A DNA stretch of 62,327 bases, counting the filler, from Sphacelaria rigidula (taxonomy: Eukaryota), in assembly GCA_964200075.2 (NCBI GenBank). It is 6 parts of 6 records of this genome, joined end to end, with 100 filler letters (N's around TTAATTAATTAA, not from the genome) between each part and the next. Parts side by side here need not be neighbours in the genome. Positions count along the whole stretch, not along the records: positions 31,219 to 41,521 come from CAXNAA020006752.1; positions 41,622 to 51,924 come from CAXNAA020006753.1; 4 more parts are not named here. One strand, 5' to 3'. Position numbers and translations under genes: made by a program. Of this stretch, positions 37,701-50,250 are shown one piece after another. The stretch's first letter is position 1. Each line of letters opens with the position of its first letter. The notes under the pieces were generated by a model. The model saw nothing but the letters and a program-made list of their open reading frames with translations. It made no database searches and was not told the DNA's origin.

Positions 37701-40700
37701 CGATCTACAACTTGACCCCGACAGTCTGGCCGCGAGGCTCGCCCGCCAGGACGTGCTGTCGAAGGCCGAGACTTCGTATCTACTGGAGAAGGTACACTAA
37801 CTATAGCTCGACCCGGTTTGTACGCAGGAGAGTGGCGCATCTCGTCTTGAGTTCATTGTATCGTTCTTCCTTGCTTGGCGTCTCCATGATTCTTAACGCG
37901 TAGGGGGTGCTTTTCTTTCGATTGCAAGCAGCCCACCTTGTGTATGCTGTCGTGGTCCGCTATCGCGGTAAGTGTGTCTGATACGGACTGCGGTCTGGAG
38001 CAGTGTTTGTTCCGCACAGGGCGCAAATCTGATTTCGATGCAGTTCCGAAATAACGAGGGTCGATAAGATGTGGGTCCATAGTGGGAGATGTCGAGAGGT
38101 TGTCCTGCGTTGTCGATTTTTTTTTGTGTGTGTGGGGAGTTAGTTTGCTACCGAGAATGCGCTCCCTCCCGCGCACCCGACGAAGCATTTTTTTCCACGA
38201 TTTTGATCGACGTGATATCAATTTTGGTTTTCCCGTTTTATTCGCATTCGTACGCTGTTCACGATGGAAGCAAACACGATATTACTGCTGCAGGAATTCC
38301 AACCCACTTTTCCACCCACACTGGTCCAGCACTTGCTTCACCACTTTCATCACTGGGGCGCTGTGTACGTTTTTTACGTATTCCCGTGTGTGCTCGCGCT
38401 CACAATTTGTCCACGGTTGGTGATTGTGTGACAGGGAACGTTGAAGCTCGGCGCCGAGGACAACCTCCTCGAGCTTAAGGGAGAGACCATCGTCGTAGGA
38501 GACCTGCACGGACAATTCTTCGACCTTCTTAATATCTTGCAGACGTACGGGCAGGTGCGTTTCTTGGTGTAACTACCCAACCGTTGTGGCGCGCAGCAGC
38601 GTCGAGTCTTGGAAATCAGCCGGGAATGGAGATTTGTCCACAATCTCTTACCGCCTTGGTTTTTGAGATCCCTGAGATGCCCCCATCTGGGGACGTGCAT
38701 TTCTGAAGCTACATACTATTATAACAGTGATTCTCGCGATGTCGCTGCGCAGTTGAGCTAATCAAAAGCTAACCCTATGCGACGTTCGAGGCCCGAAATG
38801 AAGATGAAGCCCTCTCGCCTCCGATGAAGATCTTGAACCCGGCAACGATGCGCTGATTTATTTTGATATCCTGCGTCGCATATCGCATCGTCATTTTTTA
38901 CAGCCTCCATCGCAGCAGTATTTGTTCCTGGGAGACTACGTGGACCGCGGGAGGTTCTCCTGCGAGGTAGCGCTGTATCTTCTTTCCCTCAAGATTTCAT
39001 TCCCTTCGAGCGTGTACCTTATTCGCGGCAATCACGAAACTGCCAACCAGACGGCAGCCTGTGGATTCAAGGTACAGTACAGCAGAGCTGGGCCACTATT
39101 TCTCCTCTTCTTCCTCTCAGCCATTTGGTTTTTTATTGCAGTACCATGTACATACTACTACTTCTATCGTGAATTAAGTAGTACTGGTTGGGTACTCAGA
39201 GCAAAGAGCGCAGCGAAGCAGAACGCAACGGATTCAAAATACCGGCGTTCGTATGCCGTTCCAAGAAATATGATTTGGAACACGTGCACTCGGAGTGAAG
39301 CAGAGCAGGACGGACCAGATCATTCTGGCGGCGTTGGAATGCGATTCTAGGAACATGATTCGGAACACGTCGTGGGACGGTCTGTGCTTGCCATGTTTCG
39401 TGTCCATGTACCCCGGGCACGAGGAAGGGGTTATTGTTGCTTGCCCTCCTTGTTTCGGCGAGGACTGCATTTACGTGTTTAGCACCTATTTTGTTTTAGT
39501 GTACAGCAGCGTATGGATGGACCTGTTTCGCTCAACGTCAATCGCAGACACCTAAAACCTCGTCTTGCTTGCAAAAGTATGTATCGTGAGTGTGGCTCGT
39601 CGCGTGACACCTGTATCTTGGCTCTTTTCTTTCGGTACCGCCTCTTTCGTATTCTCTCTCATTGAGTCCAACCAAAAATTGTTTTGTAGTCCCCCGCCCC
39701 CCGCTTCTCCTCACCCCAAGTTCACGTATTTTGGTAGCTCTCATGATGCGCCCCTCCGAATTCCGTTTGCTCGGTCGTTGTTTGGCGTCGAGCAGAAGGA
39801 ATGTTGCAGCAAGTACGGCCTCGAAACGTACGAGAAATTTTTGGAATGCTTCTCCGCTCTCCCGGTGAGCGCCACGCTTCATCAGGAAGGACAAGACAAA
39901 AGGTGAGCTAAGCAAGTACTTATTTTTTCATGTGTTATTGTTTTGCATGATAATACTCTGCTTTCGAGAGCCGTTGCGCTGTAACGTTGTAGTAGGGGCT
40001 CTGCGCTGCAAGATCGCACATGGCCGTCTTGTGTGTGTGTTCCAAAATTCTCGAAATCATTACGTATCGCGAATCGTTCGCCACTGCATATCGCAGCGTT
40101 TTGTTGATGCCGCGTAAATCCGCGCTATTGTTGCAGAGCCACTTACTGCCATGATGGCTGGGAGTTATTATTTCTCGAGGACAAAGGACAGGGATGTTCA
40201 TCCTCTGCTGGACACTCTGTATTCCTGTGACGCATTCAAGAAAAAGCACAGCGCTGTCCTCCCCATCAAGTGGTTCCGTTCGTGTACCTTGTAGGCAATA
40301 CGTCGAGTAGAAGCCCTTGCTATTTGCCGCCAATCTTGTACCGACGTCACAACGCATGAGTGACGCTGCACGTGTCGAGAAAGCGCTGCTCCCGGGAAAA
40401 GACACTTCGGTACACCAGCTGTGGGCACTTACGTGGCTATTTTAAATAAGCTGTCGGATCCTCATGATTTTTGTTGCAAATCAGGTCACTCTCGAGCTGA
40501 CGCTCTCGTTCAGCTTCCAGCATTTATTTTTTTCCGGACCGGTACTAGGTCTTGAATCTTGGAGCTTAGCTCAATAGCTCATTAGCTCATCAGCTCTTAC
40601 AGTGCTCCGTCTCGAAAGGGATGCGTGGTCAATGGTCAAACGACTAAGGCAAGCAACAAATGAGTACGCCCCCCCCCGCCCCCCGCTCCCCCCACTACAT

Positions 40701-41028
40701 ACTCCGTCTCGAAAGGGATGCGTAGTCGAAAATCAAAAGACTAAGGCAAGCCACGAACCGGTACGCCTCCCACTCACCCACCCCAATATGTAGTCATATA
40801 TCACCCCATCCACGCAACCTGACGTGCCGCATCAGCCTCTTCTGCGTTCATGGCGGGATCTCGCCAAGGCTTGGGACCCTACAAGATATCAGGGCACTCA
40901 ACCGTAGAGTGGAACCGGTAGACGGATCGCTGTTGGCTGACTTGCTGTGGTCAGACCCGAGTGATGACGAGGCGGTGGTGCAGACGAAGATGGTCGCTGA
41001 CAGCCCCGAGGACAGCGTGATGCCGGAG
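34756..41028 (+). CDS. PPP-family Ser/Thr protein phosphatase, calcineurin A (PP2B)-like catalytic subunit (3'-partial, 6 exons)
   Basis: Phase-compatible exons 34756-34839 (MAPTSS...SEQ, less certain), 37654-37791, 38435-38554 (GDLHGQFFDL), 38904-39071 (YLFLGDYVDRG...RGNHE), 39796-39902 (KECCSKYG...LP) and 40836-41028 (LFCVHGGISP...DLLWSDP). All PPP signature motifs up to WSDP are present. GQFFDL, LYLLSLKI and FK-x-EC-x-x-KY resemble calcineurin A. The contig ends before the C-terminus. Confidence 0.93.
40604..40677 (+). repeat. Young ~70-bp dispersed repeat ending in poly-C
   Basis: One mismatch to the reverse complement of 41-114. Further copies at 40702-40771 (diverged) and 41454-41521 (minus), with variants at 10233-10306 (minus) and 11148-11225 (plus). 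Confidence 0.9.
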
Positions 41029-41521
41029 GTATGTGTGCCGTTGATTTCGACTCATATCCTTGCGTTGGTTTCGGGGAGGGGAGAGAGATAAGCGACATTG
41101 TGGTGAATCAGACAACGTGACTCGTTGCATGTTGTGGATGAGCAAGAGTATATGCACATCAGCAAATTCACACGCCAAAACGCGCTTGACTAAGAACAAA
41201 ACAAGGCAGACTTGGTTGGGGGAAATCAGGCCAGTGCATGGAGAGATCGAAGGAGCCGCCGTGGGGTGGGAGGAAGGTGTTTTTTTTTATTGGGTGATGG
41301 CGGAGCTGCTGTTGTCCAGAGAAGATGGTGATTCCACACAGCGTGTGAGGGCTGGGGGATCAGGTCCGAGGTTGAAATGACATGTGTGACGTGCTGTGCT
41401 GGTCCACAGCACATATGGGGTTTCCTCAACAGGACAAACAGTAGCGAAGTGATGGGGGGGGGGGGGCGTTCTCATTTGTTGCTTGCCTTGGTCGTTTGAC
41501 CATTGACCACGCATCCCTTTC

Positions 41522-41621
41522 NNNNNNNNNNNNNNNNNNNNNNNNNNNNNNNNNNNNNNNNNNNNTTAATTAATTAANNNNNNNNNNNNNNNNNNNNNNN
41601 NNNNNNNNNNNNNNNNNNNNN
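41522..41621. other. Artificial contig linker
   Basis: Same spacer. Confidence 0.99.
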
Positions 41622-44085
41622 TCGTGAGGCGTCGTGTCTCCGCGCGTGTGCGGGTTGGTGGGGTGGGTGACGGGGGGGGGGGGGGGGGGGAGGGGGTGAA
41701 AATGTGATGAAAACATTGAAAGAAGAAGTTTACAGGTACTGGTGACCGTTATAAGTTCATCATAGATGGCCGCTACGTCGCCTCCTACGTACGCTGCCAC
41801 CGACGGCAGGTTAAAAGAAGATTTTGCCCACGTCAGTCGATTATTGCGTGCTTGCTTTGTCCATTTCTCGCTGATTGATACGTTTTTTTTTGGTGTGACA
41901 TGCTTTCTTTATGGGCTACCCTATACCCCCTGGTCGCGGGTCTGAGGTGGGGTTAGTGATTTGGTGCTCCTGCTTTGTACTAAATTCGAATGATTCACAA
42001 CCGAAACCTTAAGAACTGGCACCCAGTACTATCTGAGACTCGGGTGAGGACGGGTTATATGCAGTAGCATCACCTGAGTGGCACGGTTTTCTTATTATTT
42101 TACCCATCGGCGTTTCTTTTTGGTCTTTCTACTTTGGCCGGTACACCATCCGCCCGAGTGACGAATCCAGCCTCGGCGATAATAATACAAGCAAGAAGAT
42201 TCACCCCTACGCCTTTACCCCCAGTTTTGAGGTCGAGGGTCGTTGAAAGCTAGCAAAGGGGACACAAAATGAGAGTTACTCAATGCATTTGGGGCTGCTA
42301 GACATATCGCCACGTCTAGCGCAGAACTTGTGTTGATTTCTGCGGGAACCGTGTTGTAATTTTATTTTTGGGGGTGGTTCATCGGAGTGCTGGTTCATCA
42401 ATGTCCAGCCCCAGCTCACAAAAGTCTCATTGTAAAATATGCCGAGACAAACACGTTCAAGCACTCATAGGTGTGACGCACATTGTTATCGTCAAGAAAT
42501 CCCCTGGCCCGTGCCACATGCTTGTCCCTGTACTGCCTCAACTGACGAAACAAACACCGTTTATCGTGGCCACTGCTGTGAGGTGGTTGGAAAGTTTCAA
42601 CACAACTCAGGACTCGGGTACTGGAGCTTGCGAACGCATTACCCTGAGTCAGTACCTTCAATCACGCCGGAATCCTCTGAGACTACGGCAATGGTGCTGC
42701 GACGTTATGTCCGAATTCCGACCAAACACGTAGAAAAGGAAGCACATTTCCTGGCGGCAGCGTAAACACAGACTTTTGTCGTCTACACTTGAGTGCAAGT
42801 ATAGGGCTGTCAGTTCCGCTCATATTTCTGGTTCTTTGCAGGATGTACAGCGCGCACGTACCCAATACGCGTCGTACCCACCAGAACCGAAGTTCCGGAG
42901 CACCATGTGGTTGTCACAAAGAGGAACACTATGTAAATCATTCTAGGGCCTAAAGCGCTGTTTGCGTTGTCTTGTGGAACGTTCGCGATGCCCGAGTTTT
43001 CGGAGTTGTGTGTCTGTAGGATATGACGATATTGTCGTGCGGATACCGGCGGTCGCGCCTTCCGACACCAGGCGAGTGCCGCAGAAACAAGCCGCAAGGG
43101 TGAGACTCGAGCCAAAACGGCCCTCCTCGGCCGGTGAGGAGGCCTCGCTAGAAGCGCAACCGTAGACAGAAAAAATACTTGGTTCGGCTTCATTCCCCTT
43201 CAAGACCAGGCCCAGAATGCTATAGAAACAGTCATGCGGCAACTACGCCAAGCATTTCCGGCAGTAAAGAAGCGAGACGAATTCAATTCAGCAATGAACA
43301 ACAACCTTCACCAGCACATGGGAACAAGGGCACACTGACATAGCGCACGAAGCAATCACGGTGACGCTTCGGCGAACACTAAGCGTCCGACCGGACCAAT
43401 GAGTTTATGTGTGATTCGGGATAATCGGGAAAATTGGTCCGTTTTATGTGAAGCAGCCCAGCACTTCACCAGGCTGTGTGAGAAGAAATACACAAGACGG
43501 GAAACCCATCCACCGCAAAGGTAATGCTGTTTGATTTTCCAGACGCACCTTGACGCAGCACGCACGTCCTGACGACAAGGTTCAAGACACCTGTGAGAGC
43601 CTCAAAACGCTCATTTCTCCAAATGTTTCTAACTAATTAGAAACATCTTCCAGATTTTTTGCGTTCAGCAATTTCGGGGTATAAGGAATCACAGAGTCAG
43701 CTCTCTGTACGTCGTCGGACCGTGAGTCATCAAGATCGTCACATCCTTACCCTCATGGAGCTGCAGATATCGTTCACGGCGAACCGCAGTATTGTTTTGT
43801 ACTGCGCTTTGCAGTACTGCGTACCGCTTGAACGCTATAGATTGGTACACAACGTTATCATCCGATGGGTGCTCATCTTCATATTGTACCTTTGGCCGGA
43901 CACGGCAAACGGCCGATACATCGGTCCCGATTACCGGCACGATACGATACGATGTATCGGTATATATCGATGCTGACATATAACCCTAGACATTGGTCGT
44001 ATTTCCACTACCGCTAGTATGACCCCGGCCCCGACCCCGACCCCGATCGTGTGACGTCACAAGACCATTGCAAGCGAAACCGCAC

Positions 44086-47000
44086 CTGTAGCCGAGAGCC
44101 CACCGCGAAGGTTCTAGAGCACGAATCAATATGCTCATCTGGTATGCACCAGACACTACGGGCCACGCCGACACGGCGTAATTGCCGTCCCCTTGATCGA
44201 CCACACTTCCATGGAACATGACTTTGCCGGGACCCTTGGCGTAGACCTGAACAGCGTCGCCCCCTGATGTTGGACGGGGTTGAGGAATGGGCGGCGAGTA
44301 AGAGGGCGACGCTAGTGACTCATACAAAAAATATATATAAGGAATTCTTCGCAGTTGAGTTCCCGCTGTGTGTGTTTCAGGGCTACTCCTTACCAGTACA
44401 TTGATCTCGAGAATGGGTATCATGGTGCACCCGCAGTACAGCTATTTCGCTGTTTTTTCGCCGATCACGGCCCCTGCGATCGCCATATTTAGATCGAATC
44501 GAAGCGAATCATGCTGTTCTGTTAGTTAAAACCATGGCAACCCCAATATGGTCGTTCGGGGGATGGTTGCGGTCATTGCTCGGAATATACTCACACAAAA
44601 TACCCAGGGATCGGCGAAACTTCCGGCTCAGACATGAGAATATCCACGCCAAAAGCTCGCCGCTCTCTGCGATGGATAAGTCAGCCGTCGGAATTCTCAG
44701 AGGCACTTGGCAACCCTAAGAGTTCACGCGCTCTTCGTACGACAACGCTGTATGGTTGCAGCCCATCCACGACCCAATATCGTGAGGAATAGATGGGGGC
44801 ACGAATCTGGTTTTCGCAAACTTTGAAAGAGGGGGCCAGGAATAGCGTAAAATCGACGCTTCATCGTTGTCCATTGCTCTAGAATTGGTCTGATCTTAGA
44901 TATATCACGCTGCCGGTTCAGGTGTTGCGAAGCTCCCTGCGCATAAGGACTGTTGAAGCATAATTTCCTACTCGACGTCCCGGAAAACCAAGGCTTACCA
45001 GCTCCACGAGAGTTCCCGTAGGCGTCCCTCGCTTCCACCACAATGCCCAACATCGCCCCGGCAACCGTTTCACGAGGAAAGGTATTTTCCACCCCTTGCA
45101 CTGCACTTTCAGCGGTCGTGGCAGTCCAAGCCGCTGTCGAGTTTGCCATGGCCGTTGGCCATATAACCGTTGAACGACCAGCCGCTGTGGGTGCCGGCAG
45201 CAAGTCAACGGCTATTTTGTACCCCAGCCGCATGTGGAAGAGGTTTGCGGTTGGTATAACCGAAGGTCTTACGTCAGTTCGACGAGACCACTCCAATCGC
45301 ACGGAGGCATTTCCCGCCGAGTGCTTGGCACAGCGAAATGGGAAGTAAATAGGCGTAAAAGGGGGATCGTTGTGGTGGAGAAACGCTTTCCCCCGTGATT
45401 CCAGGGACTGTGTGCCCTTCTGTGTGCTCGTGCCTTCACACTTTGGTATTGTAACCCTTGCCCAACTTCATGTGGTGTACAGCCTAGTGGTGAGGAGAAT
45501 CTGCAGCATGAATCAATCTTTGACATGGGTCACTTTTCAATATCACTTGTGTCGCACGGTGTTACTGTACGATTTCTGTGTGAGACACGCGTGACCGAAC
45601 TGGACGTTGCAATAAGGACATACTCACCCTCTCTCTCTCTCCGTCGTGAATCGTCATCTTCCATCGACAACATACCCGAGCGGTTGCTGTTTATTTTTGG
45701 CGGGAACGCGTTCCAGTCACCACTCACCGTGTACACGAGCTTCAGCGGAGCTGGGTCACCCGCTGACAGCCAAACGCTTCCTCTCCTTCCCGCCACGTTA
45801 ATAGAGGTATTGACCGCGCCGCCGTTGTTTTCTGTGCCGAGTTGTGTCCCATGTAAATCGTTGAAGATTTCTTGGCCAGAAATGTGAAGCGATGCTCTGG
45901 AGGTGGCGTCCGTTGTGACGTAGAAAGTATACTCGGATTCCTGCTCAGGCATAACTGCAGCAAGAAGAATACGGTAAACGAAGTGGCTATAGTATTGGTG
46001 CTGAGCGCCGCTTCTACGGCGAACCTTAACGAAAACCTGCTGAGAACCAAAAATTCTTCCCTGAGTGCCCCTCGGGTTTCCGACGTACGACCCCGCACTT
46101 TGGACTATGCTAGGTCGAGGGTAGACGGAGGGCATCTATTGGCTATGACACCGATTTCTCATGCATCCCGTGGTCCGCCATAAGAGCTCCCATCAGATGC
46201 GGTACCGCATGGCTAGGGAAAGATATTTGAGCCACAGGCAAGGAGTTACAGCTGAGCGATCTTCGTGAAGGCGAATACTCAAACCTGGTCCGGTTTTAAA
46301 ATGTCATATTCACCCAACCTTTAAAATTATCGCTATTGCCCCTTCTGAACACTTGGGTAACACAACAGCTGGTGTCCACTGACCGAAACCGGCGAATTGG
46401 GCAGAGAAGTCATCCGCGGGGAACCAAGAAGAATTCCAGACATCTAGCGTTGCAGAAGCCGATGAAACGTTCATCTGCAGGGTAGAAGTGGCGCCACTAG
46501 CAGACGATGTACCGGAATGATCCACACCCAGCTCTGGCGACAACAAACCCCACGCGTAATCGACTTCTCCTTTGGTACGGAATCCGGCTTCATTGGTTGT
46601 CCAGAACGATGTTTCTCCTGTAAGCACGTCGTGGTAATAGCACGGCCGTTGTGTATCTCGCGTCAGTAGTGTCTGGAGGTCAAAGGTAAAGTCGACGCTG
46701 GAAAAACTTGATCATTGTCACCCTTCCGCTCGTGCTGTCGTGACCTACCGCAGCGCAGATTGTGAACGGTGTGATCAATTCGTTATCCACGTCTGTTCTG
46801 TCTAGGATTGATTCTCTCACCCATCACAGTCGCAACAACGGCATCGCTAGTGTGGGAATACGAAATAAATGGGGCCATGCCAAATGCCCACGAACTCTGC
46901 GTGGTTCCACTGTCCAATCCCACGAACAAGTCGACGGCATGGTATGGAGTACGTTCCCGCTGCGAATCGAGCGTTGACTTTGGTGCTGCCACAGGCTACA

Positions 47001-50000
47001 GCCGAAAGGCGCGCGCGCAGTAATCGCGAACTCTTATCAGATGCACCAATACAATCACCCAGCGCCTCGACTTTTCCCCAAGCGCTCGAGTGGCAGTCAC
47101 CATTTTCAAGCGATCACGAACATAAGTCGCGTCTTACCGTGGTTGCCGAGTCCGCCGTCTTCGTAGTACGTCCCCCACAGCCCTCCCGGCTCCAATACCC
47201 CAATCTCAAGCCATCGATCGCCGGCTTCGGTAGACGTGGATATCTCATACCGACCACTACCCAGATCCATCACCGAGGCATTATTCTCGGTCAGTCCGAA
47301 CCCCGCGACTTGTGTCCCATTCGAGGAAAAACCCGCCGCGGTCGATCCTGTGTCTGCGCTTCCCTCGGCCAGCGTGCCTTCTTCAACCCACTCGGATGTC
47401 TCATCTGGGTCTTGATCAGATCCGTCGCCACGCTCTGTCCAACGAGCGACGAATAGATGACCGCCGTGCGTGAGGTTGTTGTTCCACATGTCGGCTGCTT
47501 GAAGTTGGATCTTATTCTCCCCTGAAACCTGGTAGATATTGGGAGTACTCCGGAGTATCAGCGAGGTGGAGGGGAGGCGTGAGACCCAGGCGGCCGTAGG
47601 TAGATCCGCCTCTTGTAACGGTACCTGCCGAAATGGCTCCTTGCTGCAAGCGCAACGTAGGCGCATTCACGCATCAACAGAGACAGCTTGACACTATGCA
47701 GGTGAAACCTCGTAGCATAACAATGGACGACTCCTCCGCGGGTAAATCGTCGCAAAAATCAAATCACCACTGTTGAGTTGTCATATACTACTACGGCAAC
47801 GAACTGTCAGATAGCCTGTGAATATGGTCTAACCGGCTTCACGGATCGGACGCGCGCATTGTCATGTTGGTGCTCAGCATCTTGCATGAGAATAGGGTAG
47901 CCATGCACCACGCGTGCTCAGTGCACCCACTCCCCCGATAGGGGAAGTCCCGATAGGGGGAGTCCTGAACAACACGTATATTGCCCTCGAAATTGAGCTG
48001 CACACCTGCGGTGGTACGACGAAAGCTGGTAACGGTTTCTGTGCTACCGCCTGTCAGTGCCGTACCCCTCATCAAGCGCATTCCCTTATTCAAGTCTGTG
48101 GCGACAACGGTATGAGCGTAACACATAGTGTGATTCTATTTGATTGATTGATTGTCGCACTTTAAAGGACCCCCCAGGGGACCAGCCGTGGTCTCGTGAT
48201 AGACGTACCCAAGAAAAAACAGACTGAAACACTCGTGTGACAAGAGCTGAAACGAGGTGCATGGATAGACGCTAGTGTCCATTGCTTCATCCTTAGGGCC
48301 TTCGCGGACCAGCGCTCAGCGTGACCAACTGTGGTTCATGCGGCTGTGGTCCTCACATGTTTGGTTCGCTTGTGCCGATTATGCGGGAAATAAAAGTGCT
48401 CATGTGATGGCACCCCTTTGGATTTCCCGGCGCCAACGAGTAAATGCAATGGCCTGGTGACATCAATAGGTAAAGCATTATCACGCGCGGGACGGTATTT
48501 CCAAGACATATTCGCTGCATAAAAGCGAGTGAATATCGTTATTTTATCATCCAACACGCACCTGTGGGTCCCACCAAATCACAGTCGCAGGTGCAAACGC
48601 CGGCCCTGGCTCCACCAATACCGTGAACGGAGACCCCATGGCATGGTCGCCGTCTGAACTGTCTATAACTTCCAACGAGTAGTTTCCGGCTCTCGTTGCG
48701 TTATACGTCGCTCGATATTTCCCGCCACCTACGCGTGAGGAGAAATAGGGTGAAAAGATTGTCGCTATAACGGGTTAAAAAAAGTCGGATCCTGCAACTT
48801 CTTTTGTACAATGGCCAGCAAGGTCGCTTTGAGCTTGCCTAGCTCAAACCTTTAACTTCAAAACAATTATCTTAGGCGAAGAGAAAATTGTCGCTTTGAA
48901 GCATATGCACAGATTGTGACTTGGAGAAAATTCCCGCACAAAACTGCCACTGCCACCGTCGCCGCCGACTAGTCCGTGTTGTGCTCATCCCCCCTGTAGA
49001 CAGGGAATGCAATTGTAGTCTTTCCGTAACCCCCAGAGAACATCCGTTAGCTCACTTCCTTCTAACAGCGTCATGCTGGTACATTTCATACCTACATTTT
49101 TTTTTCCCACACTTTAAATCCCTCCCCTTCCTCGGAATGAGTTCGTGGTCACAAGGGATCAATCCATCTCTCCGGTACGCGCCTTTCATTTTGGTCTCGC
49201 GGATTGGGTCAGCACTCCCGCACCGCGTCAACTCACGTCACACGAACCCAGTCGACTACAGTACTTTGTTCATCACGTTCTCACGCTTTCCACGGTGGAA
49301 ATCATGTATTAAGGAGAAAAAATCTAACGCATCGGGAATCGAACCCCCGTTCTCTCCACCCTAATGGCGACAGTCGGACCATTACACCACCGGGGCGCAT
49401 TGCGTTCGTTCATTCGTTAAATGAGACGCCATGCCCGAGCACCCTGAGACCGATATCCGCAACATTTTTTACTGTACGGTATCGTTTGTTCCGCACTGAT
49501 TATTGTATTGTGTATTGTGTTGTTCTAACGGTACTGTACCGCAGTCTGCTGCTATGACACCGTGTACAACAGTCGACAACGTACCTTACTGATATACTGT
49601 GTACCTGTTTCTTTTCTTATACATCGAGCTGTCGTGGCTGCAACTAATAATGTTGATGCCTCGGTCAGCCATTTGATAGTATCCGAACGCCATGAGGTCG
49701 TAGGCGTGTCCCCGGCGTAGTGAGCACATGATGGCAACCGACACATGATCAGCCCTCACGCATGATACTCTATCTCACCTCCGTGGGTTCCATGATTTTT
49801 TAAAATCAAGCTGTCTGCTCCCCGAATTGTCACGTGAGAACCTCCTCCCGCGTACACCGCTGCACCGTGCCCTCCCACGCCGTTGACAAGCGACACGTCA
49901 TACAGGTTCAACACTGCGCCGTTTAAAACGGAAAAAAGTTGAACCATACCGCCGCCGTCCACTGCGGCACCATCATCGGCGATAGTTGCGGGACTTCCTA

Positions 50001-50250
50001 ACTCGCCATTCACTGTCAAGGTAGTACCGTCGCTGATTTCCAGGGTTTGAGAGATCTCCACGTGCCCGCTCCAGATCACGTCGAAGTCACCGGCGCCCGT
50101 GCAGTTGAGAGCTTCGCTCAGTGCGTCTGCATCCTCCGTGCTGGCTACCGTGAGGCTCACTAGCTCTGTGGCGCAGGGACCCGTGGAGTCGATCATCGCC
50201 AATTCCCCAGCAAAGAAGGATATGAGCAGAGAGACTCGTGCATATTTCAT
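44086..50250 (-). CDS. Secreted/surface mosaic protein: polymorphic-membrane-protein-like beta-helix N-terminus, filamin (ABP280) Ig-like repeats and a PA14 domain (3'-partial)
   Basis: Exons 50250-49779 (signal peptide; ALNCTGAGDFDVIWSG...DGGGMVQLFSV...GAAVYAGG), 48728-48562 (GGKYRATYNATRAGNYSLEV...GSPFTVLVEPGPA), 48084-48006 (...RRTTAG), 47521-47138 (IQLQAADMWNN...DLGSGRY...GGLWGTYY), 46617-46384 (VDYAWG...DDFSAQFAGF), 45954-45728 (PEQESEYTFYV...LKLVYT), 45323-44999 (HSAGNASVRLEWS...VIPTANLF...VAG...VEARDAYGN) and 44263-44086 (VVDQGDGNYAV...SGAYQMSI). Every junction is GT-AG and phase-compatible. Linkage of the first exon to the rest is less certain. Confidence 0.8.
49108..49397 (-). mobile_element. 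tRNA-derived SINE, family A (intronic)
   Basis: Minus strand reads CGCCCCGGTGGTGTAATGGTCCGACTG...GGGGTTCGATTCCCG, giving Pol III A and B boxes. The body is shared with 8190-8510. Confidence 0.85.

Noticed and set aside
43047..43760. Further exons of the filamin/PA14 gene (10-nt microexon at 43760-43751; exon ~43149-43047 ending GATAG)
   Set aside because: Phase-compatible but missing the expected GSPF filamin motif; cannot be distinguished from chance.
49325..49397. tRNA genes at the SINE heads (also 56840-56907, 9453-9516, 8420-8510)
   Set aside because: A and B boxes are present, but I see no convincing acceptor stem or cloverleaf, and each continues into a repeated SINE body.
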